In this document: positions 62,504-64,000 of the stretch, in pieces
Layout: the number at the start of each line of letters is the position of its first letter
How positions within the stretch are numbered: position 1 is the first letter of the stretch
Source: Candidatus Dormiibacterota bacterium
GTDB lineage: Bacteria > Chloroflexota > Dormibacteria > Aeolococcales > Aeolococcaceae
Length of the DNA stretch: 64,000 nucleotides
NCBI GenBank assembly: GCA_963709585.1
Contig: CAVPXI010000004.1
Coordinates: 256,001 to 320,000, forward strand
Direction: 5' to 3'
Program-made: the position numbers and the translations under genes
The notes under the pieces: generated by a model
What the model was told of the DNA's origin: nothing
Database searches by the model: none
What the model saw: the letters and a program-made list of their open reading frames with translations, nothing else

Positions 62504-63670
62504 TCAACCCGTGGTGATCAGTCGGGTGAGGCGGTCGGCCGCGTCGTCGTGCAACTCCTGGAGAACGTCGGCGTACGTGTCCGCCGTGATGCCGATCGTG
62601 GAGTGTCCGAGCACAGTGCTGACCACCTTCAACTCCGTCCCGCTCGCCAGCATCAGGGTCGCGGCGGCGTGGCGCAAATCGTGGAAGCGACGCACGGTCA
62701 GGCCGGCTCTGCGAAGGCCTGTCTTGAACCGATGGGTCATCCCGGTTGGCTCCACCGGATGACCGGTGGGGCGCGTGAACACCAGCCCGGCGATCGGCTC
62801 GTGCCAGGCGGATCCGATGTGGAGGCGAGCCTCGCGCTGCCGCTGTCGCTGGACTGCGAGCAGCTCGACCAGCGGATCGGGAATCCGCAACGTCCGCCGA
62901 GACCGCTTCGTCTTTGGCTCGAGGATCTTGAAGAGCACCTCCGGGTCGGATCGCTGGTCACGAGGGATGCGGTGCAGTGCGCCAGTGACTCGCAGCACCT
63001 TGCGCTCCAGGTCGACATCGTCCCAGCGCAGTCCGAGGATCTCGCCCTGACGCATGCCGAGATACAGGGCCGTGCCCACGACCGCCTCGAGCTCGGTACC
63101 GCGAAAGGCGTCGAGGATCGCACGCGCTTCCTCGGGTCGAACCGACGCCGCCCGGGTCGCGGACACCTCGAGCGGCTCGGCGAGAGCTGCGGCGTTGCGA
63201 GCCACCGTGCCCCATCGCTGCGCGTCAGCCAGGGCCGAGCGAAGGACCGCGCGGGCATGGTTGACGGTTCGCGGTGCCAGGCCGCCGGCGACCGCCTGCC
63301 GCATGGCGATGTTCACCTGCTGCGGGGTCAGCTGCGCCAGCTTGACCCTCCCCAAGAGAGGAATCAGCTGGTACTTGATGAGGCTACGGTACCGCCGCAT
63401 GGTGGTCGGGCGGATGTTCGTTTGCCCCTCGATCCAGGTGCCGAGAAAGTCACCCACCGTCTGCCGGTCGGAGGCGGGTGCCACTCCGAGAGCGAGCCCG
63501 CGGATTGCCGCATTCATCTTCGCGATCGCATCGGCGCGGCTCTTGCCATACAGGCTGCGCCGGACCTGGCGACCTCTCGCATCAAAGCCGACCGTGACGC
63601 GCGCCTCCCACTGGCCCGGGCGTCGCTCCCGGATCGTCCCTTCGCCAAGGCCTCGGCGCCTGCTCGTCAC
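62504..63670 (-). CDS. tyrosine integrase
   Basis: GEGTI arm domain, GMRQGE, HDLRH, LGHS, TYAD; GGAGG RBS before the GTG. Confidence 0.96.
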   Translation of the reverse strand: MTSRRRGLGEGTIRERRPGQWEARVTVGFDARGRQVRRSLYGKSRADAIAKMNAAIRGLALGVAPASDRQTVGDFLGTWIEGQTNIRPTTMRRYRSLIKYQLIPLLGRVKLAQLTPQQVNIAMRQAVAGGLAPRTVNHARAVLRSALADAQRWGTVARNAAALAEPLEVSATRAASVRPEEARAILDAFRGTELEAVVGTALYLGMRQGEILGLRWDDVDLERKVLRVTGALHRIPRDQRSDPEVLFKILEPKTKRSRRTLRIPDPLVELLAVQRQRQREARLHIGSAWHEPIAGLVFTRPTGHPVEPTGMTHRFKTGLRRAGLTVRRFHDLRHAAATLMLASGTELKVVSTVLGHSTIGITADTYADVLQELHDDAADRLTRLITTG

Positions 63671-63782
63671 CCTGTCCTCCCTGAATCTGTAGGGGTACTG
63701 TAGGGGTATTAGCGTCCTGGCGTCAACGGGATGGGTGGCTTCCGGGGCCGGCAACGGCAGCGATTTGAATTCAAAACCGGCC

Positions 63783-63865
63783 TGCCGGGAGAGGGAGTCG
63801 AACCCTCACGAGGTTGCCCTCGGCGGTTTTTGAGACCGCTGCGTCTACCATTCCGCCACCCCGGC
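63783..63865 (-). tRNA. tRNA-Leu(CAA), CCA not encoded
   Basis: GCCGGGG acceptor, D-loop GGAATGGTAGAC, anticodon loop CTCAAAA, long variable arm, GGTTCGACTCC. Confidence 0.96.
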
Positions 63866-63892
63866 CGAATGGACAGCGTACCGGCTCCGCCG

Positions 63893-63918
63893 GGAACCGG
63901 AGCGCCTGCCGGCGCGTA
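63893..63918 (+). promoter_or_regulatory. ECF-sigma-type promoter, probably autoregulatory
   Basis: GGAACC-N16-CGTA upstream of the ECF sigma start. Confidence 0.6.
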
Positions 63919-63929
63919 CTCTCAAGTGC

Positions 63930-64000
63930 ATGGACGACGAGGCGCTCCTCGAGCGGGCACGCCGCGGCGACCGCGATGCGTTTGCAGCAATTGTCACTCG
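63930..64000 (+). CDS. ECF RNA polymerase sigma factor (5' part, runs off the window)
   Basis: MDDEALLERARRGDRDAFAAIVT, typical ECF region 1.2. Confidence 0.75.
   Translation, partial: MDDEALLERARRGDRDAFAAIVT

Larger units (their letters stand above)
55873..63835. mobile_element. ~8 kb integrative (mobilizable-type) element inserted in tRNA-Leu(CAA)
   Basis: Direct repeat of the tRNA 3' half at both ends; integrase, excisionase, relaxase remnant, arm-type repeats. Confidence 0.92.

Overview
High-GC bacterial chromosome window. Gene order and protein style suggest Terrabacteria such as Chloroflexota or Ca. Dormibacterota; this is inference. The core blocks are ftsA-ftsZ-nrdR-yggS-ileS-lspA-rluD-gmk-coaBC-priA-def-fmt-smpB, hflX, tmRNA (ssrA), lhr, dnaK, pcm, gatCAB-rlmD-dnaE, yggT-lgt and solA. 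There are three accessory zones. (1) A decayed integration hotspot downstream of tmRNA carries an integrase C-terminal relic, repeated arm-like motifs, a lipoprotein, an RHH/PemK toxin-antitoxin pair whose toxin lacks a canonical start, and a NarL-type two-component system. (2) An AAA-LuxR regulator sits divergent from an MBL/isochorismatase/AlkA/oxidoreductase operon, followed by a small acidic peptide gene and a structured intergenic RNA candidate. (3) An ~8 kb element integrated in tRNA-Leu(CAA), bounded by a 54/55-bp att repeat, carries an integrase, a DUF4160/DUF2442 pair, an excisionase, a 9-bp-period array, a deleted MOBF relaxase, IS3/IS30 scars, and a putative secreted glutamic-peptidase-like protein paired with a PepSY-like lipoprotein. 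Many genes, including essential ones, carry single-base frameshifts. These are most likely long-read errors, and many fall at GA(G/C)TC motifs. All calls come from motif recognition by eye; no searches were run.
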